Below are positions 40,241 through 51,961 of a stretch of 64,000 nucleotides of DNA, piece after piece. How positions within the stretch are numbered: position 1 is the first letter of the stretch; each line of letters starts with the position of its first letter. The position numbers and the translations under genes were made by a program. Under the pieces are notes generated by a model. That model had not been told where the DNA came from and did no database searches. It saw only the letters and a list, made by a program, of their open reading frames with translations. Origin of the DNA: Octopus sinensis. Its lineage: Eukaryota. The DNA lies in the NCBI RefSeq assembly GCF_006345805.1, contig NC_042997.1:14074001-14138000 (forward strand), in the 5' to 3' direction.

Positions 40241-40945
40241 GCACTAAGCGGTGATGTGTGTAAATACAAACTTGTTACCAGTTCATATATGTTTGGGACA
40301 TATTCGAACCCTTAAGAACCTTTAAGAACCCTTAAGAAAGCTATTCACTGTATCTTGTCATAAAGAAAATTTCTGTGTAGCCAAAAAGGTATAAACACTA
40401 GTCAATTCGAAGCACCTTCAAACCATATTGACGGATTCATGCATTTCAGAGTAGTTATCTCCTCCCAGCATCAGATACCGGAAAGAGGAACGCTATGGAC
40501 TGACAAGGAATGGGTATCTTTTATTATATTCTCGTCATCGTATTGTGATTGGTTGCGTTAATCGGTGACTCGTCGTAAATGAAATACTGAGTAGACGCGC
40601 TAAGCATTAAAGTGTATAAATTTGTTACCTGTTCAAATATTCTAGGGGCATATTCGAACCCCGCAAAAGAAGGGTATTCACTATATTTTATCTTAGACAA
40701 ATTTTTTCGCTGTAGAAAAATAGGTGTAAACACACCAAGTCAGTTCGATGCTCCCACTAATCAGCCTGATGAATGAATACTTTGTGGATGGTTATCTCCT
40801 CTTAGCATCAGATACCGGAAAGGAGGAAGCAATGAACTGACAAGAGATGGATATCTTTTAATATATTCCCATCGACAAAGTACAGTGAATGGTTTTCTTA
40901 CGGGTTCTAATATGCCTCAAGCATAACTAGTAACAAGTTCGTATA
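40241..40945. repeat. Diverged tandem duplication (period about 340-356 bp) plus an inverted partial copy
   Basis: Shared blocks ttgttacc..catattcgaaccc, tattcact and gttatctcctc..agcatcagataccggaaag..ctgacaag; 40902-40945 is an inverted copy of the first block. Confidence 0.8.
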
Positions 40946-40957
40946 TATATATATATA

Positions 40958-41752
40958 TAAAATTTAGAGTAAAACCACTATTAAATAATTCAATAAAGAA
41001 CGATGTTATTCATACTCTATAGAAAACTTATACTATAAAAAAACTTATTTTAAATCAATAAAGTACAATAAATTGTAAATAGTAGTAAAAAGACTACGCA
41101 AGTTTCATAGCTATATTTTCAAATAGATAATAATAATAAAATCAATTCGATTCAAAATTAAATCGAACTAAAATTAATTCTATTTAAAAAATATAGTCAC
41201 TCATCAGGTCTAAGATAATAAATAATAAAAAATAATAATAGAATAAATACACTTATCTTAACTTATTACTAATTATCAAATAAATATATTAAAATAAAAC
41301 GTGTATTAACTATAAATAATCGAAAATCGTTTAACAATATTTCTTAAAATAAAAATATAACTTATCTTTTCGAAGGATTTTCGTTAACTAACACTTTAAA
41401 CGTAAAACGTCGAACTTAGCGTTTATAAGAAATATAAGAAATATATCGCGTGAAAATATGGCGTAAATAGAATTTACAGAAGAAATAGATAGAAATATGT
41501 ATTTAAGCTATTAAAATTTAAAATGTATTTTAGCTGTAAGAAAAAGGAAAAAAAATTAACTTTAATATACTATTAACTGGGAAGGTTTTTATAGTATATG
41601 TTTTCTATATGGTGTGAACATCTTTCTTTATTGAATTGTTTATTAGAGGTTATTTCTCTTAATTATATACATATATTATATATTGTGAAATTTGATTTTA
41701 AATTGTTAAACTGAATTTTTCCCTGTAAGATTTGGAATTATATTCCCTACTA

Positions 41753-41760
<8 letters not shown>
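40958..41760. mobile_element. Extremely AT-rich PLE-like terminal-repeat derivative
   Basis: Starts with agagtaaaaccactattt and ends with tttttccctgtaagatttgg; both motifs are shared with 62915-63150; contains the 41091 hammerhead. Confidence 0.5.
41091..41211 (-). ncRNA. Type I hammerhead motif with a roughly 95-nt rod-like helix II
   Basis: Minus strand: agac-CTGATGA-[long hairpin; arms 41111-41127/41179-41196 and 41142-41152/41161-41171]-GAAA-cttgcg-TA-gtct. Confidence 0.7.
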
Positions 41761-41813
<53 letters not shown>

Positions 41814-41843
41814 AATTAGAAAAAAAACTTTTCTAATAATTGT

Positions 41844-41917
<74 letters not shown>

Positions 41918-41927
41918 CATATTTATT

Positions 41928-42334
41928 AGCGCAGGCGTAGTTGTGTTGTAAGAAGTTTGCTTCCCAACCACGTGATTTTGGGTTCAGCCCCAATGCGTGG
42001 CACCTTGAGCAAGTATTTTATACTAAAGCTTCGGTCCGACCAAAACCTTGTAGACGGAAACTGAAAGAAGCCCGTAGTGTATCTATATTTATGAGTGTGT
42101 GTGTGTGTTTGTGTCTTTGTGTCTGTGTTTGTCTACCACCACAGCTTGACAACGGGTGTTGGTGGGGCGGCTTATGTTTACGACCCCGTAAATTAGCGGT
42201 TCGGCGAAAGGGACCGATAGAATAAGTACCAATCTTAAAAAACAAAATAAGTATTGAGTTCGATTCGTTCGACTAAGAATTCTTCAAGGTGGTGCCCCAG
42301 CTTGGTCGCAGTCTAATGACTGAAACAAATAAAA

Positions 42335-42335
<1 letters not shown>
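41928..42335 (+). mobile_element. SINE family B
   Basis: Head, gtagacggaaactgaaagaagcccgt core, (TG)n and tail gactgaaacaaataaaag. Confidence 0.8.
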
Positions 42336-42371
<36 letters not shown>

Positions 42372-42562
42372 GCATAACGTAAAAGGAATGAATTGAAAAC
42401 AAATGAAGGCATACATGAAGAAAAGTCAGTCGTTTTTACCCTATAAGTATTTTCATTTTAATAAGTAAACCTCATATCTTCAGTTCATTCGGTTCATATT
42501 TTACGTAAACAATACAAATATATTTGTTGATATATAAATACATACATACGTACATGCATACC

Positions 42563-42680
<118 letters not shown>

Positions 42681-43120
42681 TGTGTGCGTGTATAGAATGG
42701 ACTATTAAGGCACTATTATATTTTCATGACATCCGTTATCGGTCAACAAGTATACAGACGGTCAGACTGACAAAATGATAGTAAATATGTATGTACCAAT
42801 TAACTTAGGAGAATCGAAATAGTCTCCGACGTGTCGTTTGTTTCCGTTTCAATTACTATTCGGAACTGAAGGTCCCCATTTCCATATCAATAACTACTAT
42901 ATAACTATATATATATACATATACGTATATATGCTTATGCATGTGTGTGTGTGTGCGTGTACCTTCTACGTAAGTACAGGCGAGAAGTTCAAAAGAGTAC
43001 TCAATGCTATGGGGGCAAGAGTTTGTTGATCGCGAACTCGATATGAAGTGCTAGCTCTCGTAACTATAATCTATAGCATTTAAATAAGATATAGTAAATT
43101 TTGATATAATATATGCAATG

Positions 43121-43198
<78 letters not shown>

Positions 43199-43254
43199 GG
43201 TGTGTGTGCGTAAACGTAAAAAGGTATTCAGCATAAAAAGTAGAGATAATAATA

Positions 43255-43466
43255 ATCCTTTCTTTTATAGGCACTACGCTATACTACGGTATTTGAGAGG
43301 AGGGGGATAGTCGATTACATCGACCCTAGTACTTGACGGGCACTTAATTCATCGACCTCAAAAGGCAAAGTCGGTCTCGGCAAATTTCAACTCAGAAGTT
43401 AAAGAAGGGTGAAATGCCGCTAAGCATTTTGCCCAGCGTGCGAACGATTCACACAGCTCGCTGCCT
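43255..43466 (-). mobile_element. SINE family C variant (different 3' end)
   Basis: Reverse complement of the family C head; ends at the (TAA)n that precedes the Dong fragment. Confidence 0.75.
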
Positions 43467-43494
43467 TAATAATAATAATAATAATAATAATAAT

Positions 43495-43970
43495 TGTGAA
43501 AGACCAAAACAATAAAGTTTGCTTACTGATCGACATGAGCACCCCCTGTGATCATAATATCTCAGCGAAAGAGTTTGACAAGCTCAGAAAATATAAAGAC
43601 CTACTCATTGAAATTGAGAAAATGTGGCATCTCAAGGCGGTTACAATACCAGTGATCGTAGGAGCACTAGGAATGATCAAGAAGGGAACCGAAAATTATA
43701 TGAGAATGATCCCTGGCTTACCATCCCTGCAAGAAGTGCAAAAAATTGTCTTAACTGGTACATCACACGTATTGAGAAGAGCATTGTCGATGTGAGAACT
43801 GATGCTGCTCATGTATTTTAATTTAACTTTTAAAAAAATTTAAAAACAAAATGAACGAACTATTGAGTTTGGTTTAATGGCCTACCAATGTATACTATGA
43901 GTTTCTTTTCCCTAGGAGTCGGGAAGACACTCTCAAGAAATGGAAGCAAATTTGAAAGAAGAAAAAAAAA

Positions 43971-43971
<1 letters not shown>
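43495..43971 (+). mobile_element. R4/Dong-clade 3' fragment (restriction-like endonuclease C-terminus and 3' UTR), copy 1
   Basis: KVCLLIDMSTPCDHNISAKEFDKLRKYKDL..EIEKMWHLKAVTIPVIVGALG is a PD-(D/E)xK REL domain; (TAA)n on both sides. Confidence 0.9.
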
Positions 43972-44026
<55 letters not shown>

Positions 44027-44501
44027 TGTGAAGACCAAAACAATAAGTTTGCTTACTGATCGACATGAGCACCCCCTGTGATCATAATATCTCAGCGAAA
44101 GAGTTTGACAAGCTCAGAAAATATAAAGACCTACTCATTGAAATTGAGAAAATGTGGCATCTCAAGGCGGTTACAATACCAGTGATCGTAGGAGCACTAG
44201 GAATGATCAAGAAGGGAACCGAAAATTATATGAGAATGATCCCTGGCTTACCATCCCTGCAAGAAGTGCAAAAAATTGTCTTAACTGGTACATCACACGT
44301 ATTGAGAAGAGCATTGTCGATGTGAGAACTGATGCTGCTCATGTATTTTAATTTAACTTTTAAAAAAAATTAAAAAACAAAATGAACGAACTATTGAGTT
44401 TGGTTTAATGGCCTACCAATGTATACTATGAGTTTCTTTTCCCTAGGAGTCGGGAAGACACTCTCAAGAAATGGAAGCAAATTTGAAAGAAGAAAAAAAA
44501 A

Positions 44502-44502
<1 letters not shown>
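44027..44502 (+). mobile_element. R4/Dong-clade 3' fragment, copy 2 (tandem duplicate, period 532 bp)
   Basis: Near-identical to 43495-43971 with the same 5' truncation point; differs mainly in homopolymer lengths. Confidence 0.9.
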
Positions 44503-44535
<33 letters not shown>

Positions 44536-44544
44536 CAACAACAA

Positions 44545-45020
44545 TGCCCTGATGCAGTACCAGACAGTGGCTCTCATGGCTTCTTATCTTAACTGATTGG
44601 AAGTGTTATCATGTATATTGTTTTGTCTTGGTATAAAAGATGGGCTACAACAAATATTCTGCTCAATACCACAGATTTGCCGTGTGTTGAAAGGAATTCG
44701 TGGAGGTTTGGATAAATCACCTTTGGAGACATGGGTGTTTCGTTCAACATCCTTAAACAATCCTTATTGTGAGACCTTTTGAGTGGGATGGGCTACTCGA
44801 CCAGAAGAAAATTCTAAATGGGCCCCACCTGCAAGGTCATGCGCTGTTTATCTTGATATGAGATCACCATGTCACGCACATATGGCTGTGATGCATGTGC
44901 CTGGTGTACCCTTATCAGACGGGTAGTCATGATGGGTATACTGGGCATCGTATATTTTATCCCAGTGTCATTTTGATGACATGCACTGCTCTCTCACTCA
45001 ATAATAATAATAATAATAAT
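44545..45020 (+). mobile_element. Probable non-LTR element 3' UTR fragment ending in an (AAT)n tail
   Basis: Non-coding stretch of higher GC that starts right after (AAT)n(AAC)n and ends ctctcactc(aat)n; family not identified. Confidence 0.45.
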
Positions 45021-45385
45021 CCTTTTTATTCAAGGCACAAGGCTTGAAAATTTGGGAGAAAGGGACTAGTGGATTACATCGACCATAGTGTTTAACTTAA
45101 TTTATCGATCCCGAAAGGACAAAAGAAATAGACGACTCCGATAGAATTTGAACTGAGAACGTAAGGGTAAACGAAATGCCGCTAAACATTTTGCTCAGCG
45201 TGCTAACGATGCTGCCAGCTCGCCGCCTTAGGAATAATAATAATCTTTTCTACTATAAGCACAAGGCCTGGATTTTGTAGGGAAGAGGACAGTCGATCAC
45301 ATCGACCCCAGTACTCAACTGGTACTTAATTTTTCGACCCCGAAAGGATGAAAGGCAAAGTCAATCTCGGCGAAATTTGAAATCC
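45020..45385 (-). mobile_element. Two adjacent SINE family C variant copies (45020-45228 and truncated 45245-45385)
   Basis: Repeated aggcacaagg..gtcgattacatcgacc..cgaaagga blocks separated by (AAT)n. Confidence 0.75.
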
Positions 45386-45575
45386 GCGGATCCGTGGAAC
45401 AAGCTGCCAGACGAGATGGTGAAGATGCCGACGACCGCTTTGTTCAAAGCCTCCCTGGACCTCAAGTGGCCTGAACTCTTTACATGAACACCACCCTGTA
45501 CTTAACTCCATGTCCCCCTACATGGCCTTGCTATTTGCTTTTGAGCCAAATTAACTAACTACTAACTAACTAACT
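45383..45575 (+). mobile_element. CR1/L2-type LINE 3' end with (TAAC)n tail
   Basis: DPWNKLPDEMVKMPTTALFKASLDLKW followed by a short UTR and taactaactactaactaac. Confidence 0.75.
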
Positions 45576-46101
45576 AACATAACTCACATTTCATCAGAAT
45601 GTCCACATCTAAGAATGAATACAAATAGCGTAAGCATGATAATATCGCTGCAATAATTATTCGATGGAAATTTTGCTAAATTTCTGGGTTAGTATACACA
45701 GAAAAAAGTTATGTACATTTGTGAGAGAAGAAAAACAACTGTAAGCCCTCCAAAACAATGAAGTTTTGTGACTTTCCAATGTAAGCCAAATTGCTTTAGG
45801 CTGTTCTCTCTCTTATAAAAGACGATTTCCTGTTACGATTTCCTTATATACTGTTCTTGTGGATTTCGTTTTCTTCTTGTTCGATGTAAGCTATCCACTG
45901 TACTCTTTTTCGACATGTACTGAACCCAATTACTTCGGCCCGACCTAACAGAATCTTTAGCGCGTCCGACAAAATGATTTGCGTCATTTCTTCCAGTTCA
46001 TTACATCCTGAGTTCAAATTCCGCCGAGGTCAACTTTGCGTTTCATCTTTTCGGATAAATTTTATCGAGTTATCTTTAGCTGTAAGGTATGATTTTCCAT
46101 A

Positions 46102-46922
46102 CGTGATCTGATCAATAAGTATCCGGACTGTTGCCATAGTGACAAAGCAGAGTGAAGCCGCTTGGCAAAAATAGCGCACTAAGTGATAACGCTCTAGCTC
46201 CCTTCTGCTGTTTACAGCAGTGCTTAGAAGGAACCCGTGTAGTATGTGATCGTCGCATTGACTTTAAATCCGCATCAAATTTTGCCAAAAGCTTGGCGAT
46301 ACCTAATCAGAGGCCTACGCAAATTTGCAGAAAGTGTATGAAGCGGAATGTATGAGACGAAAAATTGTCGATAATGACGAACATTGTGGGAGAACTGCAG
46401 CCAGCAGAACTGAGAAAAACATCGCAGGTGTGCGTGCAGCTGCGAGGGGAAATCGTTGAATCATCATCCGTGAGTTATCTGACGATGTGCAGATTAGTTA
46501 CGGTTCAGTTCAGTCCATTATCACTGAAGATTTGGGTATGAGACACATGTCTGCTAAGTTTGTGCCAAAACTGCTTTCAATGCACCTGTCCATTCATAGC
46601 AGCTTGTGCAACAGTTTTTAGGCTAGGCACACCATTCCTCAAGTCCAACAGCCACTGTATTCCCGTTGCGACTTTTCCTCTTTCCAAAAATCAAATCCCG
46701 CTTGAAAGGAAGATTTCAGGATGTCGAGAAAACCAAAGTGAATGCGATGAGGCAGTTGCTGTTCATCCCAGAAAACGAGCTCCATGAATGCTCCAATCAG
46801 TGGAAACAGCACTGGATTATGTGTATGACTCCCGAAGGAGACTGAAGAAGATTAAATAGCAAATTGGTACTTATAGTTTTGTTTTTATAGCATCAGTCCG
46901 AATACTTATTGATCAGACCTCA
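46102..46922 (+). mobile_element. Internally deleted mariner element with both TIRs and TA target duplication
   Basis: TA-cgtgatctgatcaataagtatccggactg ... cagtccgaatacttattgatcagacctca-TA; peptides ISYGSVQSIITEDLGMRHMSAKFVPKLLS and CDFFLFPKIKSRLKG. Confidence 0.9.
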
Positions 46923-47065
46923 TATATCATTCCCAATACTTAAGGATGGATTATGCAAATGTTTGGAGGTTTTTACACTTTTATTCCTATTTCTTATATT
47001 ATTTCTTTTTTTAATTTTAGTTCTTTCATCCTACGTTTCAGAGTTTCTTTAATGCTTTATAATCA

Positions 47066-47465
47066 ACTAGCAGTATCGCCCGGCGTTGCTCGGGTTTCTA
47101 AGGGAAATAACTATATAAGCATTTTTAGAGAGTTATAGCCAAAAAATAGCAAAAAAATGCATTAAAAATGAAAAGAAAATGATGGTAACTTTTTTTTTAA
47201 ATCGTTGACTCATCGTAGACATTTTAGAGAGTTACTTCTCTTATGTAATAGCAAAAAAAATGCACTAAAATGGAAAAAAATGATGTTAAATTTTTTTTTA
47301 AATCGTAGACTCCTCGTAGACGCGCGCTAATACCCAGAAGGGCTCGATATGAATCACGACTATAAGATACCCGGTTTTGGTTAAACTGCACCGCAAAATG
47401 TGGGAGTAGTTAGGAATCTAAATCGTAGGAGACAGACACACAACTTCACTTTTATATATAAAGAT
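47066..47465 (+). mobile_element. Non-autonomous Helitron-like element with an internal tandem repeat of about 105 bp
   Basis: 5' actagcagtatcgcccggcgttgctcggg; 3' acagacacacaacttcacttttatatataaagat; the internal unit cattt(t)tagagagtta..tcgtaga occurs twice. Confidence 0.55.
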
Positions 47466-47791
47466 TTCTAAATTTCCTTTCGAGGTGAATTAGCACCGAT
47501 TTCATTAATTTCCAACTACATGGAGTATGCATTTTCCTAAATTACATTTTTATAAATTAGATAATTGAATCCTCACCCCCAGAAAGAGAGATTATCACGA
47601 CTACTACCTGCATTTTCTGTCATTTTTATACATTCGTCATTGACAATGAAATGTTACTCGAAGGGTGAATTAGCTGCTATTTTTTTAGAAGCCGTACAAC
47701 AACTCTCCTGTGAGATGGTAGATAGTAATAATATGCGGGTTCGTAAGCGTTCGCTTTGTTGTTTGTAAACACAAAGTGAGGCTAACAGAAA

Positions 47792-47824
<33 letters not shown>

Positions 47825-48270
47825 CGTGCGTGCGTGCGTGCGAGCGTGTGTGTTTGGCGGGGTAGTATAATATATAGATTCTTAGAAAAATGTAATGTGG
47901 CTTTCACAGAAAGCTCCACTAACGGACTCGGCGAATAAATCACATAGTAATCTACCACAGAGTGTCCATGTAGCTGAAATCCAAAAGATCCGATGGATAA
48001 AATTATTTCATAAAGAGCATTTAAGCTGTAAAACGTCAGGGTGTATGAGAGGTAAATATATTTATCAAACCGCTTGTCAGTATTAAGCTTACAGCCGTTT
48101 CACAGCCTTCTTCATATAATAATAATAATTTCAGAGCATAATAGATTGACGTGCCCGCATCATTATGCATGCTACGCATTATTCAAAAATTAATTCAGAT
48201 AAAGAAAACTAGCTCTTCAGATCATTAGAATATCATGATTACACCAACTATTCGACCCTAAGTATACATA

Positions 48271-48534
48271 GGCGTAGGAGTGGCTGTGTTGTAAGTAATT
48301 TGCTTACAAACTACATCGTTCCGGGTTCAGTTTCATCATCATTGTCATCATTGTTCGACCGTGGTCGAGACTTTCATAGTCTTTTCAAATGGCTAATAAT
48401 ATGTGCGCGCGCCACTACTACACACAGTTTCACTGCGTGGCACCTTCGGCAAGTGTCTTCTACTATAGCCTCGGGCCAACCAAAGCCTTGTGAGTGGATT
48501 TAGTAGACGGAAACTGAAAGAAGCCCGTCGTATG

Positions 48535-48599
<65 letters not shown>

Positions 48600-48825
48600 C
48601 TGTGTCTGTGTGTGTGTCTGTGTGTGTCTGTGTTTGTCACTCCGACATCGCTTGACAACCGATGCTGGTGAGTTTACGTCCCCGTAAGTTAGCGGTTTGG
48701 CAAAAGAACCCGATAGAATAAGTACTAGGCTTACAAAGAATAAGTCCTGCGGTCGATGTGCTCGACTAAAGGCGGTGCTGCAGCATGGCCACAGTCAAGT
48801 TACTGAAACAAGTAAAAGTGTAAAG
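48271..48825 (+). mobile_element. SINE family B with an internal insertion of about 90 bp
   Basis: The head is interrupted at about 48330-48430, after which the canonical body resumes. Confidence 0.8.
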
Positions 48826-49028
48826 AGAGTACAGAGTATTAAATATCTTCTCTTTATATATATACAATGCATGGAAGACTGAAACTAGGTAAAATTAGCT
48901 TGGTATGATCAGTACTAATAAAGATATGTTCTTTTATATCAATTAAGGTGTTAGATCTAAGTTTAGGGATTTCACCATCCTCAATGTTAACAAAAGGCAG
49001 GAACAGATAAAAAGGTAAAGTACCTGTA

Positions 49029-49445
49029 GGCGCAGGAGTGGCTGTGTGGTAAGTAGCTTGCTAACCAACCACATGATTCCGGGTTCAGTCCCACTGCGTG
49101 GCATCTTGGGCAAGTGTCTTCTGCTATAGCCCCGGGCCGACCAATGCCTTGTGAGTGGATTTGGTAGACGGAAACTGAAAGAAGCCTATCGTATATATGT
49201 ATATGTATACATGTGTATGTGTGTGTGTTTGTGTGTCTGTGTTTGTACCCCTAGCATTGCTTGACAACCGATGCTGGTGTGTTTACGTCCCCGTCACTTA
49301 GCGGTTCGGCGAAAGAGACCGATAGAATAAGTACTGGGCTTACAAAGAATAAGTCCCGGGGTCGATTTGCTCGACTAAAGGCGGTGCTCCAGCATGGCCG
49401 CAGTCAAATGACTGAAACAAGTAAAAGAGTAAAATGAGTAAAGAG
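49029..49445 (+). mobile_element. SINE family B, young copy
   Basis: Nearly identical to 50188-50595. Confidence 0.9.
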
Positions 49446-49554
49446 TATAGTAAATATATAGAAATATATAGTTTTAAAAAGTGTTCTTCTCTTTTTTTCT
49501 TTTATTCCTTTACATTATATATATATATATATACCGGAGTAAGCACATAAATGA

Positions 49555-49835
49555 GTGGAGGCACATGGCCTAGTGGTTAGAGCAGCGAACTCGCGGTCGA
49601 GGGATCGCGGGTTCGAATCTCAGACCGGGTGATGTGTGTGTATCTGAGCGAAAACACTTAAGCTCCACGCGGCTCCGGCGAACTTCTGCTGACTCTTTGG
49701 CCACAATTTCCTCTCACTCTTTCTTCCTGCATCTTGCAACTCACCTGCGACGGACCAGCGTCCCGTCCAGGTGGAGAACCTATACGCCAAGAAATCGAGA
49801 AACCGGCCCTTATGAGCCAGGAACAAACAAGCAAA
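49555..49835 (+). mobile_element. tRNA-derived SINE (family A-related head, different body) inserted in a PLE-like repeat
   Basis: A and B boxes; 13-bp TSD aagcacataaatg at 49541-49553 and 49836-49848. Confidence 0.85.
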
Positions 49836-49931
49836 AAGCACATAAATGTGAAACAAAGTGGAAAAAGAGTACTCAAATACCAGAGGTAGAGTAATATGCT
49901 TTATTTTAAAACAGCAGAAATATAACAAAAG

Positions 49932-49969
49932 CCATTACTCAGAGTTTCACGTTCCCGTTCGTCGGACAG
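49932..49969 (-). ncRNA. Hammerhead-like motif with CCGACGA core variant
   Basis: Minus strand: ctgt-CCGACGA-acg-ggaa-cgt-GAAA-ctctgag-TA-atgg. Confidence 0.5.
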
Positions 49970-49997
49970 TTTTGTTATATATATATATAAATATATA

Positions 49998-50160
49998 CGT
50001 CGAGCTTCTTTCAGTTTCCGCCTACCAAATCGACTCACAAGGCTTTAGTCGGTCTGATGTTATAGTAGAAGACACTTACTCAAGGTGCTACACAGTGGGA
50101 CTGAACCCGGAACCATGTGATTGGGAAGCATGCTTCTTAACACACAGCAACTGCTGCGCC
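49998..50160 (-). mobile_element. SINE family B, 5' half
   Basis: Reverse complement of the head to the ctgaaagaagc core. Confidence 0.8.
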
Positions 50161-50187
50161 TGTACATAAATATATTTTAAACGATTA

Positions 50188-50595
50188 GGCGCAGGAGTGG
50201 CTGTGTGGTAAGTAGCTTGCTAACCAACCACATGGTTCCGGGTTCAGTCCCACTGCGTGGCATCTTGGGCAAGTGTCTTCTGCTATAGCCCCGGGCCGAC
50301 CAATGCCTTGTGAGTGGATTTGGTAGACGGAAACTGAAAGAAGCCTGTCGTATATATATATGTATGTGTGTGTGTGTGTGTTTGTGTGTCTGTGTTTGTT
50401 CCCCTAGCATTGCTTGACAACCGATGCTGGTGTGTTTACGTCCCCGTCACTTAGCGGTTCGGCAAAAAGAGACCGATATAATAAGTACTGGGCTTACAAA
50501 AAGAATAAGTCCCGGGGTCGAGTTGCTCGACTAAAGGCGGTGCTCCAGCATGGCCGCAGTCAAATGACTGAAACAAGTAAAAGAGTAAAAGAGAT
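50188..50595 (+). mobile_element. SINE family B, young copy
   Basis: Full head, core, (TG)n and (gtaaaa)n tail. Confidence 0.9.
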
Positions 50596-51926
50596 TAAAC
50601 CAATGCAATTTTTGTTTAAATTTTTTTTTCTTTGGTGCGTTTCCTTCCTTCTGTGTATATTACCTCGCGCATACATGCTCAGGCGTGCGAACGTGTATAT
50701 ACACACATACACAAATATATTAATATATATATATTTGTACATACTTACATATAAGCATGCAATTATATGTGCGCGCACATATATATGCATCTGCTCGCAC
50801 GCTTGCGTATGCAAGGGTGTACATAATATGAATGTGTATATGTGAATGTATTTGCTTGTGTGGATGTGTGTATGTGTGTGTGTGTATGTATGTGTATGTG
50901 TGTGTGCATTCCAAAGTATTCTGGAGTTTGATCAACGGATTTCTCACAATGTATTGGTCAATGTGAGGCTATAGCAGTAGACATTTTTCTAAAGTGTCAC
51001 GCAGTTATCTAGAAACCGGAATCATGTCATTGTAAAGCTATCTTCTTAACTGTACAACTATACTTACGGCCGTTTTTGTATTTGCATATGTACGTGCATA
51101 TCTCTGCATATGTGTACATACATATGTAGAAGTGTGTGTGTGTGTATGTGAATGGATTATGTATGTATATATCACGTACATGCACACATACAAACACATG
51201 TATATAATCATCAAACATTACTCACTAATATTTCGCTATGTATGTATATGTGCGTGTAGGTATGTAAGTAGATTGCATGTATGTTTTCATGCATGTATGT
51301 ATTCATGCATGTATGTATGCATGCATGTATGTATGTATATGTATACCATATTTATAGGAGTGCGTACATAAATACATATGCATTTAAACATTTATAGCCG
51401 GAGAGAATGAAAGACATTCAAACGTACATATACATTAATAAATGAGTTGTATGTTAACCCAGTAGAAATATAATCTATCTAAGTTGCGTTAACAAAACCT
51501 CGATTGAAAAGAATCAATGGTGATTACAATTTAAATAGAATACATTGTCAATATATTTGGCACATATCTCAATAGTTTACAGGGTATTTGGAAAGAAAAA
51601 AAGGCCTAGAATGAAACGTGTGTATTGACTGGAGGGGAAGAAAATAGAATTGCTTGGCAACTCAGAATTAACACTGCTGAGAATCATTGTGACATCACTA
51701 GTTTGGTGAAGAATTACATCACCAGGTAATAATGAATATAGATCACCTAGCAACAGCGACATGTTAACCAGTTGTGTTTGATGAATATATACGTGTGTGT
51801 ATGCATGTATGTATGTGTATGAATTCTATGAATGTGTATCTGCATGTCTGTGCGTGCGTATATGTATATATATATTTATATACATACATAGACGTATATA
51901 GACATACATATACGTATATATATATA

Positions 51927-51961
<35 letters not shown>

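Noticed and set aside
40425-40485. Minus-strand hammerhead-like CTGATGC..GAAA-tgca-TG
   Set aside because: A9 and H17 are non-canonical, helices I and II are poor, and the GAAA-palindrome half is not conserved in the second tandem unit.
40958-41700. Mitochondrial insertion (NUMT), suggested by extreme AT content
   Set aside because: No recognisable mitochondrial ORF, rRNA or tRNA; the segment instead carries a hammerhead and termini shared with a nuclear repeat at 62915-63150.
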